Assembly (NCBI GenBank): GCA_951406725.2
Contig: OX597836.1
Coordinates: 1,612,001-1,676,000, forward strand
DNA length: 64,000 bases
From: Octopus vulgaris
Taxonomy: Eukaryota
Reading direction: 5' to 3'
Part shown: in pieces, positions 43,047 through 55,989 of the stretch
Numbering within the stretch: position 1 is the stretch's first letter
Layout of the letters: every line of letters begins with the position of its first letter
Translations under genes and position numbers: made by a program
The notes under the pieces: generated by a model
The model's input: the letters and a program-made list of their open reading frames with translations, nothing else
Databases searched by the model: none
What the model was told of the DNA's origin: nothing

Positions 43047-46000
43047 AGAGAGAGCGAGAGAGAGAGAGAGAGATACACAAATATAGAAATAGGTGCACAC
43101 ACGCACACAGTATTAATAAGGTGGCTAGCATGTTCACACCGCTACAGGCACAATATAAGTTAAATGCAGATTCAGTAGTGTATATATTACCCCCTGCTAA
43201 AATCAGAGTTATTTCCCCAAAATCAACATGTATATTTTTATTCTTTTATGTGTCTTAGCCCTAAAGTTGTGGCCACTCTGGAGTATTGCCAGTGTAATAA
43301 CCTTTTGAATGACCTATCTTATATGATTGTCTTTTGATGAAGGAGCGAGATCGACACTGCTGCCCCCTTCTGAGATTTCTGCCTTGATAAAGCTTCACCT
43401 GAGACTTTTCATTCCAGGTGTACAAGTTGTTCCTTGAAAACATCCACCCCTAAACCATGAAGGGCTATGCATTTTACCAAGTGGTTAAATAGCTCCTGGC
43501 CCTCGAATGCCAAACTATGCGTGACAGGGATTTATATATATATATCCACCACGAGGTTGGAATTTTGACTCGATGAACTTCACGTTTGCCAGACTGGATT
43601 CTTCAAAATTCTTCTGTAAATCTCCAAATTTACACGTCAAACTTCACTTATTAGATATAATTGGAAGTGACAAGTTATATAGACATTGAAAAGTTTAATT
43701 CTACATAACTGATAAGTCATATATAAATTCCAATACGTAAATGATAAATGCAAAAACACAGAAATACACAGATGCATCTAATGTACAAATGTTAAATGTT
43801 ATGCATAAATGTTAAATGCAAAAACTGATGAATGATACATACATAGAAAGGTTAAAAACACCTGTCAATATGAAGTTTGAGCTGAGTAAGATAAGTTTTA
43901 CTAACTTATATTCATCACAGTACGCTGTCTGCAAAAAGACTTTCTTGCTACGTGTCACACTTGTAAAAATATTCATTGAATAGCTCAGACTATATTCTTT
44001 TTAAAATCCTTTCCATTTTTCTTAGTTGACAAGTAGTTCCTAGCATCTTGGATGTTCCACCGTGGTCAAAGTTAATTCTTCATCATTGCCAATTTTCTGA
44101 AATATTTCTCTCCTGAACGTCATGGAGTAAAACTGCATGTTGAGATGAAAGGCGTGATTGGAAAAAACTGTGGGCCAATATCCCTTGATAATACATTATT
44201 GAACTCATGAGAAACGATAAAACTTTCAACTTCAGTTCTCATCTCTCCATCAAGTAGGATCCATTCATTCACGAAGACTTTGCAACCGTAATTCATTGAT
44301 TTAGACACTCTTCTCAATTTTTGTAAAGCAACAGATTTTGAAATATTTCATATCACAGCAAAATGACTGCGAACTGCACAAATTGTGAGAATGTAGCAAC
44401 GGATTTTGAATCAAAGAGAACGGTAATGGCTATACAATGGCTTCCCCTGGATTTTTCTTTTCATTTCAATTCATAGAAATATATTGTGGTTAGTTTTGAT
44501 GTCTAAGGCTTTTCTATATTTATTCTATTTGTGCGTTTCACCTACAATTTACAGCATATGGTTTATGCAACAAATTTATTATAATTTCCATTTCAATGAA
44601 TAATTGAATCTTCAGTACAAGTTTTGATTAAATATGTATTGTAGCGGAGATTGCTTGTGATGTTATTTTTTTTCATCAGTTGACAATATTTCACATAATT
44701 GTAAAACTAAGCATATTTTCTTGTGTTGTGTACACACTCCAGGGGATTCTCCATTTTCGGAAACTCGAGGCAACTAACGCAGGGTTAATAATAGTTACAA
44801 AAACTTGTCACGATATTCTTTGAGATGGAATTCATTCAGGTGAAGTTGCTAAAGACGACCCTTTCACGTAATGGATCAAATGCCATACGAACTTCCGTAT
44901 TTCCTGCAACAAAATACGAATGAACTCTTATTAGACAGCTTTAAAAACGCATTGCAGGATAAATCATTACTATTTCTGGTAATATCGTTTTTAATTTTGC
45001 TTAAAATATCTTCCAATAGCAACGTCTGCTATGTTGAATTCGCACCAACGTTTAGACATGTGTTCGAGTTTTGTGCATAACAAAAAATCGGTAACAATTA
45101 TGTTTAAATATTGAAGGAAGTCGAAGACATAATCTGAATCTTGGTTGGATTCGTGTGTTTCGTTTTGAACTGGCTTAATTACCGAATAAATGCGAGGAGA
45201 CACAAGACATTGTTCGTATAACAAATCAATTTCTGGTGTTCGATTTTAAATTATCCCCACTTTAAGATGAAACCGAACACATAATCATAATTATTTATAT
45301 AGTAAAACAAGTTTAAATGTTACGCTTTACGGAACCTCAACTGTGGAACGTAATCATACCGATAATTGAAACTCTTAACATAGTGAAACCATATTGCAAA
45401 TATCTACAAATTTATGGATTTGCATAGAAATAAGAATATTTCTAAAATGTGAAACGTAGAATTTCTACCGATCACGCGAGTTCGTATTAAAATCTTATCA
45501 GTTAATTTGCAAATCGGATGATGGACAGATTTCTTAATTGGCATATTGTCTTTAATTCAATAGTTAAATCAGGTGGAATCCGTTACCATATCAGCTTGCT
45601 CCTGTTCACCATTATATTCATTTGGTACAGCTATGTCAGTTATTAATACGCCATTGTGATTTTTGTCATGGGAAATTACGTCAGTTTGATAATATGCTCA
45701 CTGGTCGCCATTTCTATGCCATGCTTCTAGAACAACTTTGATTTATAACAGGGGTCATTCATATGAATATCGCATAACATTTATTTCAAGAATCTACAAA
45801 TTAATAACTATGTTTGCAGTGTTGTTGCCTTCAATTTTATTGTTGTAATGGTTCAACATGAAGGTCAGCTGTTTGGAGATAAGGTTCTTGTAATTGCAGT
45901 TGTGGTGCAATACCCGGGTGGGCTGTGTAGAGAAATTGTTGCTGTTTTGCAGGGGAGGTGGTTTGGGGAGGGTTAACGCCCAGTTAATCGCTTTCGAGAT

Positions 46001-46350
46001 ATTTTAAAGGCGCAATTTCATTAAACATTACATCAGCCATATTGTCGTTCCTTTATTAGATGATATTTCAGGGGTATTTAGCTGTTATTTATAGCTTTGC
46101 AGATTCTATATATTCCATTGATGTGCTGGTTTTCTACGTAATAGTAGTAGAAGTAGAAGTAGGAGGAGAGGGAGGAAGAGGAGGAAGGAGAGGAGGAGAA
46201 AGAGAAGGAAAAGAGGGTGAGGGGGAAAATAGGGAAGAGAATTACCAGCAGCAGTTGTAGCTGTTGTACATGGTGTGGCTGTTGTTTACGTGAGACCGAA
46301 GTCAGTTCTTATTGAAAAATTCGAAGAAATTCTCATCGGAAACTTTAGTC

Positions 46351-46404
<54 letters not shown>

Positions 46405-46544
46405 TGTGTGTGTGTGCATAGACAAAGAGTAATTATCGAAAATAGTCTTCCTTCATTTGTAACGCGGTAGGCCTTGGGAGATTTGGCAGTCAGAGCTCGA
46501 AAGCTTCCCACAATAATAAGCTGCTAAATAGGGTCTCTCCACCC

Positions 46545-47312
46545 ATGAGTAGCGACACCGCCCTTACCCATTCCAACGTAACATACAATAATAATAATAA
46601 TAATAGAAGTAGTATGGATATTAGCAACATTCATAGCAGCATTAGCCTTAGCAATAGTAATAATGATAATAACATTAGCCAGATTATTAACAGTGGTGGT
46701 GTTAGTGGTAATAGTACCAGCATTCTTAATAACAGTTATATTATTGATGATAACAATCGCAGCATTCCTATACCCAGGGAATTTTCCGACGATATTATAA
46801 CTAATAGTAATGATAATAAGATGAATAGTATCGTGGCCAAAGCCAGCAACAATTTTTACACCTATCACAACGATAAAAACTCTGTCTTAGTATCGGAAAC
46901 CAACCCCAACAGATTAAAGTTCTTATCCAAAAATTCCAAAATTAGAAACACCACTTACCAATGCAAAATCTCTTCTGGAACCGATGTCTACTTCTATATT
47001 GGCGCAACCTCTTCTAAATTAGCCCAAAGGGTCTCCAACCATTATTCCACTTTCAGAGATAAGAGAAAGCAACACAGCACGGGGCTAAGCAAATTAGTCT
47101 GGCGTCTGAAGAACAATAACACTACGTTCAAGCTCGAATGGTCCATTTTGTCGGTGTCCTTCCCGTTTGATAAAGGCAGAAAATTTTGTGGCATCTGTAA
47201 TTCCGAACTTTTTCATATTTTGTTCGCCAAAGGCCCTTTAATAGACACAATCGTCGAAAGATCCTACAGGTGCTTACACTGGAAAAGACACACATTTCAT
47301 TCATATAAATAG
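46545..47312 (+). CDS. GIY-YIG endonuclease domain of a Penelope-like element (open C-terminal fragment; the ATG is probably internal)
   Basis: TTYQCKI...FYIGAT...QRVSNH...STGLSKLVW...CGIC..E..HIL...RCLH gives the YIG motif, conserved R/H/E residues and CxxC/CxH. Confidence 0.85.
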   Translation: MSSDTALTHSNVTYNNNNNNRSSMDISNIHSSISLSNSNNDNNISQIINSGGVSGNSTSILNNSYIIDDNNRSIPIPREFSDDIITNSNDNKMNSIVAKASNNFYTYHNDKNSVLVSETNPNRLKFLSKNSKIRNTTYQCKISSGTDVYFYIGATSSKLAQRVSNHYSTFRDKRKQHSTGLSKLVWRLKNNNTTFKLEWSILSVSFPFDKGRKFCGICNSELFHILFAKGPLIDTIVERSYRCLHWKRHTFHSYK

Positions 47313-47880
47313 TGACTAATATAGATAACCCCTCGATTTCCAAAAAAAAAGAAAAAATTTGCTATATTTCACCCCAATAGTCCAAAAAGATTTTCTTATA
47401 TTCCCAATTACTACTATCCATTCTTGCGTTGCCTCTCACCTCGCCCGATTCTTTCTCCCTTTCGCTATCTACTTTCCTTTCCCTACAGTAAACATAATCG
47501 AACACACAGACACAGACCTTTCAACTCACAGCTGTCAGTTTTCTGACTTCTACCCATCCACAAACACAATCACGCATTCAGACACACACATACACACATT
47601 AAGACAGTTATATACAGTCACACACACAGGCACTCATTCACAAAAGAAATCATTTAAACCCACCATTCTTTTGACCTGCACTCTCTCACCTTACTATTCT
47701 TATGCCTCCCTCCTCCTACTTCGTTTGAACTCTTGAACCTTTAGAAACTTCTAGATTCTTCTACATTCAGCCACTCTGACGTCACTCATTATAAAGAGAC
47801 ACTCATTATCGCCATGGGCTCCTTGAGAGCGGTCAGCTAAAAGTGTTTTGTGCATTTTGATGTCGACATAAGTTCCTTGA

Positions 47881-47963
47881 TTTTCCTGATGAGAAATCTG
47901 CATAATGTACTCCTTATTCCTTCGGAATTAGGAATATGCAGCCTTCGAAACATATGTCGAGAA
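47881..47963 (+). ncRNA. Type I hammerhead ribozyme motif, intact core, extended stem II
   Basis: TTTTC-CTGATGA-GAA..CTGCATA...TATGCAG..TTC-GAA-ACATATGT(palindrome)-C^-GAGAA, with a GUC site. Confidence 0.88.
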
Positions 47964-48376
47964 TAAAAGATATTTGTTAACTAGTCGTTCAACTCCATTC
48001 TTTCATATACTTATATATATATATGTATGTATGTGTGTATGTATGTCTGTGTGTATATATAGTTATGTAGGAATAAAACGTTTGTGGTTGTGTAAAGAAT
48101 ACTATTTTGGTTATGATAAGAATGTTAGTCGTAAGAGATGAAGAAATTTTTCCTTATTTTATTCAGACAATGTTACAGAAACTCGTCAAATTTCCAAAGG
48201 ATTGAAAGGAAATGGAATAAAATGTATTAAAATAACAAAAATAAAGCAAAATAAAGCAAAATAAGGAATATCTACGTTATTCCATTTAAACCATTTTCGT
48301 CTAGCATTACAAGATCATTGTGCTTTTGCATATATACGAATAGACATATATATTTAAATGTTAAATGTATATTATA

Positions 48377-48435
<59 letters not shown>

Positions 48436-48492
48436 GCACATATATGTATATATATACATACATATATATATATGCATATATATATATATATA

Positions 48493-48536
<44 letters not shown>

Positions 48537-49291
48537 ACCTGGCGTCAACAGGACATGTAATCTATAATTTGATACTATAACAGTGGCCACACAATCACGA
48601 CCCATTTCAGTGTTGGTTGAACTTACACTTACAACAATAAAATTGCAACGTATATATTGCTTGGAAAGAAAATTAGAAGAAAAAAAAAACATTTTTTTTT
48701 TTATTAGTAACACAACTATTTACTGTAAACACTTTCTCTTGTTTAGAGTCGTCATGGAAGATTTATTTGTAGCCTAATACAATGAGACGATTAACAAACA
48801 AAATCGAATGAGAAGGATAAATATACACCCTACTATGCAAATAAGACCGGTTCATGGTAGAAGAAGCAGTAAAGGGAAACCACAAAGAAACTGCAAATCA
48901 GGCGATAACGGCTTCATTGCAATGACTCTTGCCTACAATTTAACGGCAATAAAATAATAAAAAGGAAAAAAGGAAAAGGAAAAAACTGGACACTTCATGA
49001 AGAAGATAAGACAAGGAAAATATTGAAATGTCTAGGGAGTTGACGAAGTTTATCGTTCAGAACAAAATATACAGAAGAGATAAGGACACAGAAAACAAAC
49101 AGTGAAATATTCAGAATATATGAAATAGATAACATTCGAAGAAAATTATTTTTTTCTCTTGGTTTATATATATATATATATATATGTACGTGAGCATACG
49201 TGTATATTTATTATACGTGTTCATAGGTATATATAAAGATGTATGTGCATGTGTGTATGTAGGTGTATGTGTCTGTATGTAAGGACACACT

Positions 49292-49341
<50 letters not shown>

Positions 49342-49344
49342 CCC

Positions 49345-49493
49345 GTGTTTAGTTAGAAGCTTGGCTCCAAATCACACGGTTCTGGGTTCAGTCGTATTAC
49401 GTAGCACCTGGGGTGAGTATCTTCTACTATATAGTCGGTCCGACCGAAGCATTGTGAGTGGATTTAATAGGCGGAAACTGAAAGAAGCCTGTC

Positions 49494-49497
<4 letters not shown>
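49345..49497 (+). mobile_element. SINE family B 5' half
   Basis: GGTTCTGGGTTCAGTC..GTGAGTGGATTT..CGGAAACTGAAAGAAGCC, then (TA)n(TG)n. Confidence 0.78.
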
Positions 49498-49587
<90 letters not shown>

Positions 49588-49790
49588 CTGCGTTTTAAAA
49601 ACCAACCAGCAGCCACTTCCGTCACACGATAATACACATTCATAGGAGTTACACAGCGTAATCTTTCGGTTGTTGCCCACGGGCATGTTTTAAACACGCA
49701 GAATTAAAGATTCAGCTCCATAATTATTTTCCAAGAAATGTAATCTCTGCTCCATATCCTAAATACCTGTTGCTCACGATTATATATATG

Positions 49791-49925
49791 GGCGCAGACA
49801 TGGCTGTGTGCTAAGTAGGTTGCATAACAACCACACGGTTCCCGGTGCTGTTTTCTACTATAACTTCGGACCGACCAAAGCCTTGTGAGTGACTTTGCTA
49901 GACGAAAACTGAAAGAAGCTCGTCG

Positions 49926-49999
<74 letters not shown>

Positions 50000-50200
50000 T
50001 GTGTCTGTGTTTGTCTCCCCACCATTGCTTGACGACCGATGTTGGTGATTTTACGCCCCTATAACTTAGCGGTTCGGTAAAAGAAACCGATAGGAGAAGT
50101 ACTAGGCTTACAAAAAAAAAGTCCTGGGGATCGAGTTGTTCGACTAATTGTGGTGCTACATCATGGCCGCATTTAACTGACAGAAACAAATAAAAGAATA
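49791..50200 (+). mobile_element. SINE family B, near full length, with internal (TA)n(TG)n
   Basis: Head, internal microsatellite and tail are colinear with 3870-4306. Confidence 0.85.
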
Positions 50201-50331
50201 TATAATAGAGGTGATGGACCGAAATCCTTCAGAGGGAGGTGAAACATCCAAGTCTGCCCCGACACAGTCAAAGTAAAGAATATTTATAAAAAAATATCTA
50301 TTTAGTATTTGCAAAAACAGTAAAGGAGGTT

Positions 50332-50773
50332 AAAGGAAAGGAAAAAATTGTAGGCGCAGACGATCTTTAAACCATAATCCAGGTTGGTACTGGTCCAATA
50401 TAAATTCTACAAATTGTTTCGGAGTCTAAAAGACAAAAACGAAAAAAATCTTCTTGAAATAAAAATTAGATTCTTCGTCAGGAATTACATGTTGATATGA
50501 ATAATCACGACCGAGGAAAATATACAAAGACCTTTCATTGGTTAGACGGGATTTTTTGTTCGTTGTCGTCTGAGCTATGAAAGGTCTTTGTATATTTTTA
50601 TTGATCGTAATTATTCCTGACGAAGAATCTAATTTTTATTTCAAGAAGAGTTTTTCGTTTTTGTCTTTGGAATTAATTAGACTCCGAAACAATTTGCAGT
50701 AATTATATTGGATCTGTACCAACCAGGATTATGAATTAAAGATAGTCTACGACTACAATTTTTTCCTTTCCTT
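50332..50773. repeat. Fold-back element with ~210 bp inverted arms, each containing an HHR motif
   Basis: AAGGAAAGGAAAAAATTGTAG...TATACAAAGACCTTTCAT is inverted as ATGAAAGGTCTTTGTATA...CTACAATTTTTTCCTTTCCTT. Confidence 0.9.
50403..50486 (-). ncRNA. Type I hammerhead ribozyme motif, intact core; mirror copy at ~50612-50702 (+) has GUA>GCA
   Basis: Minus strand: AATTC-CTGACGA-AGAATCTAA...TTAGACTCC-GAA-ACAATTTGT-A^-GAATT. Perfect 5 bp stem I; stem II has two mismatches. Confidence 0.72.
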
Positions 50774-50848
50774 ATGCTTCATTTATATACATACATACAT
50801 ACATGTATAATACATACATATATACGTACGTGTATCTATATCTATATT

Positions 50849-50903
<55 letters not shown>

Positions 50904-51057
50904 CAAAATGGGACAAGAACGCAAAACATCCGGACAACTAGATGATACAAAAAGGGACAAAAATTATCCAGATAGACGATACAAAAAAAAAAAAGCAAAG
51001 ACGGGTCATTCGAAGCCTTTTATCTTCAGTCAAGAACCGGATCATCCTCGCAATATG

Positions 51058-51101
<44 letters not shown>

Positions 51102-51102
<1 letters not shown>

Positions 51103-52015
51103 TAGCAGTATCGCCCGGCGTTGCTCGGGTTTGTAAGGGAAATAACTATATAAGCATTTTTAGTGAGTTATGGCAAAAAAATAGCAAAAAATGCATTAAA
51201 AATGGAATAAAAAATGATGGTAATTTTTTTTAAATCGTTGACTCATCGTTGACATTTTTAGAGAGTTACTTCCCTTATATAATAGCGAAAAAATGCATTA
51301 AAATGGAATAAAAAATGATGGTAATTTTTTTTTTAATCGTAGACTCATCGTAGACGCGCTCTAATACCCAGAAGGGCTCGATATGAATCACGACTATAAG
51401 ATACCCGGTTTTGGTTAAACTGCACCGCAAAATGTGGGAGTAGTTAGGAATCTAAATCGTAGGAGACAGACACACAACCTTACTTTTATATATAAAGATG
51501 TGTGCAACAACTAAAACATTCGGTTTTGCAAATTGTTTGCACAGGAAACCTGCCCTGTGTGGCGGTAATTGCCGTTTTTGTGGATCTGTTTCAGCTTTTT
51601 AGCGATTTCTGTTTTGGCGATTTCAAGCCATGAAGTCGTTGTTCTAAAAGAACGCTGGTCTCCATGACAACGCATTACGACGTTGATTTCCTTACACTCC
51701 CTTCCCCACAGCTTCACGAGGGAGGGAAGAAGGGGGAGAAGCAACACAGGTGCAGGTGCTTGAGCGTGGACGCCAACTCCGCCGCCATCGACACACGAAA
51801 AAATATGCATTAAAATGGAATAAAAAATGATGTTAAATTATTTTTAAAATCGTAGACTCATCGTAGACGCGCGCTAATAGCCAGACGGCCTCGATATGAA
51901 TCACGACTATAAGATACCCGAATTTGGTTAAACTGCATCGCAAAATGTAAGAGTAGTTAGGAATCTAAATCGAAGGGGACAGACACTCACACAACTACAG
52001 TTTTATATATATAGA
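51102..52015 (-). mobile_element. Composite non-autonomous Helitron with two 5' ends and one 3' end
   Basis: Minus strand starts A|TCTATATATATAAAA at 52015 and again A|TCTTTATATATAAAA at 51498. It ends with hairpin CCCGAGCAACGCCGGG then CGATACTGCTAG|T. 51288-51498 is duplicated at 51798-52015. Confidence 0.85.
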
Positions 52016-52980
52016 TATATTGCTATTTTTTTCTTTATAAGAATCGGTGATGGAATCATGCAAAAGTCTGGAGTTTGTGTCTCAGCTTAACTTGCCTGTT
52101 TAACTTGTTTTGTCGATGAATAAAAAAGTTCAGTGAAAAGTTTATCATCTTCACGTGAATGTTAAGCTTACTTTTGAAATGATTTGTTCTGCTTCTGATT
52201 TCGATGGTCCTGATAAGGAGGTCAGTTTCAAAGGTAAATACTTCTTTGTCGTCTGGTAGACGTTTTCCGGGATTTAAATCTCATTTATCGCCACCCATCT
52301 CACATTTTCCTAAAACGTTCTGCTCTTTTTCAATACTATTCATGTTTGATATTCCAATTTCCTTCATCGCCTCCTATCTCAAACGATTTATCAGATTTCC
52401 GTTGAGATGAGAGTCTTTTAGATATGACCACTTCGTCGGGATTAGGATATTCTTTGTTCGATATTCTATCGTCTACGTTTCTCTTCATTTCCTTCTATTT
52501 CGTGTGAAGTTTGTCTAAGTAAAAGTATTTTAGAGAGCCAGATGGCAGGAAAATAAAATGAGAGCTAGCATTTTAAAATAAAAAGAAAAATTGTGTTAGC
52601 TTCATTAGGTGTCATTGTTCCTTGGTGTACCGTGTGGCGTTCGGCACGCCTCTGCGTGTTGTAGTGAACTGAAAGAGGATGAGGTACAATTTGCACTGTT
52701 ATTTCGTAAAGCCCTCAACAACAACGAGGGCATGGTGAAATGTTAGTAATTGCACAACAGGTTAAAAATATTCCGTATCTGTTTCGTGTACAGTTGAGTC
52801 CAATTATTTAGAGATACTCTTATCGCGAGTTTGGCAAATACCATAGAAACTATGATTCGTTAAAGAGGTTTAATAACATCGGAACCCGTAGTATTGTCTA
52901 TAGATTATAATTGTCTTTTAACGTATTCTTCCGCTACAAATTTTTCACTATTTCTTTCATAAAATATGACAACAATAAAT

Positions 52981-53014
<34 letters not shown>

Positions 53015-53209
53015 TGTATGTATGTATGTATGTATGTATGTATGTATGTATGTATGTATGTATGTGTGTATGTATCTATCTATCTATCTATCTATCTATC
53101 TAACTATCTATCTGTCTCTCTGATTGTCTCTCTATCTATTTTCTTCTCTTACTATCATATACATGTTTACATGTAAATATAAATATATATATATGCACAC
53201 ATGCATGCT

Positions 53210-53312
<103 letters not shown>

Positions 53313-53527
53313 GTATGCATGTATATATGTGTGTGTATGCATACATTTATACATTCATATATTTACGCACGACATATTTTAACATCGACACTCTCCATGC
53401 TTTTATATTTCTGCTGCTCATTTGCCACAATCACGTGATGTCTAGACAACTGTACACACCCCGCACGCCACCCCCATATATTATATAAACACATGTATCT
53501 ATGTGTACACACTCATATATGCATATA

Positions 53528-53586
<59 letters not shown>

Positions 53587-53602
53587 GTGTATGCGTGTGT
53601 GC

Positions 53603-53649
<47 letters not shown>

Positions 53650-54278
53650 AGGAACGTGTGTGTATGTGTGTGTGTGCGTGCGTGTGATATATGATATTTT
53701 CATGGCATAGTCGATGTTCAGAAACCAAATCTAACTTTATGTAATTTATCTTCGTAATGTACTTCTTAGATCTCCCTAGTGACAATAACAGAAACGAAGG
53801 CACTGTAGCTACTACTACTACTACTACTACTACTACGACTACTACTACTACTACTACTATTACTACTACTACTACTACTAGCAATTATTTCTAGTTTTGT
53901 GTATATTTTAGTATGATTTACAATGCTTCGGTGGTCGATCGGCAGATGGGGTAAAAATAATTGCAGACGTTTGTTTCCGAATCTTTACACATGGAATTCA
54001 GAACCTACTCCACTTCACCTTTCACTCTATGCTTTGTGGAGTAGATAAGAGGATCCGCTTCTCACGTACAAAAGTCGATTGAATCGACAACAGCTCTCCT
54101 CGCGTATTTCTTGTTTTGCGTTTCAAGGGCCTATGTCTTTCCAGGTCTTTCAATTCCAGCCTCAAATACGGTTCATGCCTCATTCTTATTTTGGTCGAGG
54201 GTCGATAAAATAAAATGTTGATGGATGGCCCTTTGCCTAAATCATAAATGATTATTATCATTATCAACATCGTCGTCG

Positions 54279-54315
<37 letters not shown>

Positions 54316-54320
54316 CATCA

Positions 54321-54391
<71 letters not shown>

Positions 54392-54394
<3 letters not shown>

Positions 54395-55830
54395 TAGTTT
54401 TATTTTTATTTTTATAGCGTGCTTTCACTTCAATACCGAGCGCAGCTCTGTGTGCCTTGGGTATGTGCTGTGATTTGTTGTGATGCTCTGATGGTTATTG
54501 TATAGAAAGTGTTCTGCGTAGGATGTGTGCAGTGCCTAGTAGTGCAATTTTCTGTATGTTATATGTGTTTGTAAGTCCTGGTGTTTTTGTTATGTATTTG
54601 TCTGAATATTTTTTTATCATGCCTAATGCACCTACTATGATAGGAATTGTTTCTGTTTTCAGATTCCACATTCTAGTTACCTCTATTTCCAGGTCTTTGT
54701 ATTTTGAGAGTTTCTCCATTTCTTTTAGAGACACGTTGTCATCTGCCGGTATTGATACATCAATTAGAAAGCATTTTTTTCTTCATGGTCTCTGACAACT
54801 ATATCTGGTCTGTTGGCCTTAATTTCTCTATCTGTGTGTATCGGCATATCCCAGAGTATGGTTGCTTTCTCGTTTTCTGTGACCATTTCTGGTGTGTGCC
54901 TATACCATCTTTTTTCTGTTGTTATTCCATAATGTTGGCATAGCTTCCAATGTATGTAGGTTCCAACTCTGTCATGTCTGTGAATATATTCCTTCTTAGC
55001 CAGGACTGGGCAGCTAGAGATAATATGATTTATTGTTTCTTGTCCATCTCCACATATTCTGCAGTTACTTGTAATATTTCTTTTCATTACATGTTTTTGG
55101 TAATTTCTGGTGGGGAGGGTTTGGTCTTGTGCTGCAATTAAAAATCCCTCTGTTCTGCTTTGAGTCCTGAGCTTCTCAACCATTGCTGGGATTTTTCTTT
55201 GTCTATTTCTTTTGCGTTTAGTTTAGTCCAGTATTTACCATGAAGGGGCTTTTCTTGCCATCGTTTTATCATGGTTCGTTGCTGTTCTATTTTTAGTTTG
55301 GATTTCATTTGTTTTATAGCTTTTGTTGTTTCTTCATCTTCTTCTTCTTCTTCGTGTTTATTAGGTGGTATGATTTCTTGTTTGTATTTGTCAGCTTCCT
55401 TAAATACTGAGAACAGTTTTTTGTTTTGCTCGTGTTTTGCCGCTATCTGGATCAGTTTTCCTTCCTTCTGAAGTAGATATTTTTGCAGTCCTATGGTGGT
55501 TATTTTATAGTAGTTTTCCAGCTGTATAAGGCCTCTACCACCTTCTATACGTTGTATATATAGTCTTTCTATGTCAGATTTTGGGTGATGCATCCTAGAT
55601 CCTGTCATTATTTTTCTTGTTTTCCTATCTATTTTGGTCAGTTCATTTCGTGTCCAGTTAAGGATATTGTAGCTGTAACTTATAACTGGGACAGCTAAAG
55701 TGTTGATACCTATTATATTGTTTTTAGCATTGAGCTCTGTGTTTAGTATTGATCTAACTTTTTTTATTTTCTCTTTCATTTGTGTGTGTTGTGTCTTATC
55801 TAGTTCATGGATTCCTAAGTATTTGTAAGT
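54392..55830 (-). mobile_element. 5'-truncated R4/Dong-type non-LTR retrotransposon with restriction-like endonuclease, frameshifted, in (TAA)n
   Basis: YKYLG, RLY...GGRGL, LHGKY, AAQDQ, zinc knuckle CRIC...ETINHIISSC, RHD, RPDIV, EKLSKY, PIIVGALG, spread over three frames. (TAA)n flanks both sides. Confidence 0.93.
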
Positions 55831-55863
55831 TATTATTATTATTATTATTATTATTATTTGTAA

Positions 55864-55989
<126 letters not shown>

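Larger units (their letters stand above)
46503..48010 (+). mobile_element. 5'-truncated Penelope-like retroelement: RT-thumb remnant, Asn/Ser-rich linker, GIY-YIG endonuclease, 3' UTR/pLTR with HHR
   Basis: In-frame ASHNNKLL precedes the ORF, followed by the GIY-YIG motifs and the HHR at 47881-47963. The element ends at a (TA)n tract. Confidence 0.85.

Noticed and set aside
51186-51870. Three spaced direct repeats that superficially resemble a CRISPR array
   Set aside because: They are internal Helitron duplications with irregular spacing, in a eukaryotic context with no cas genes.
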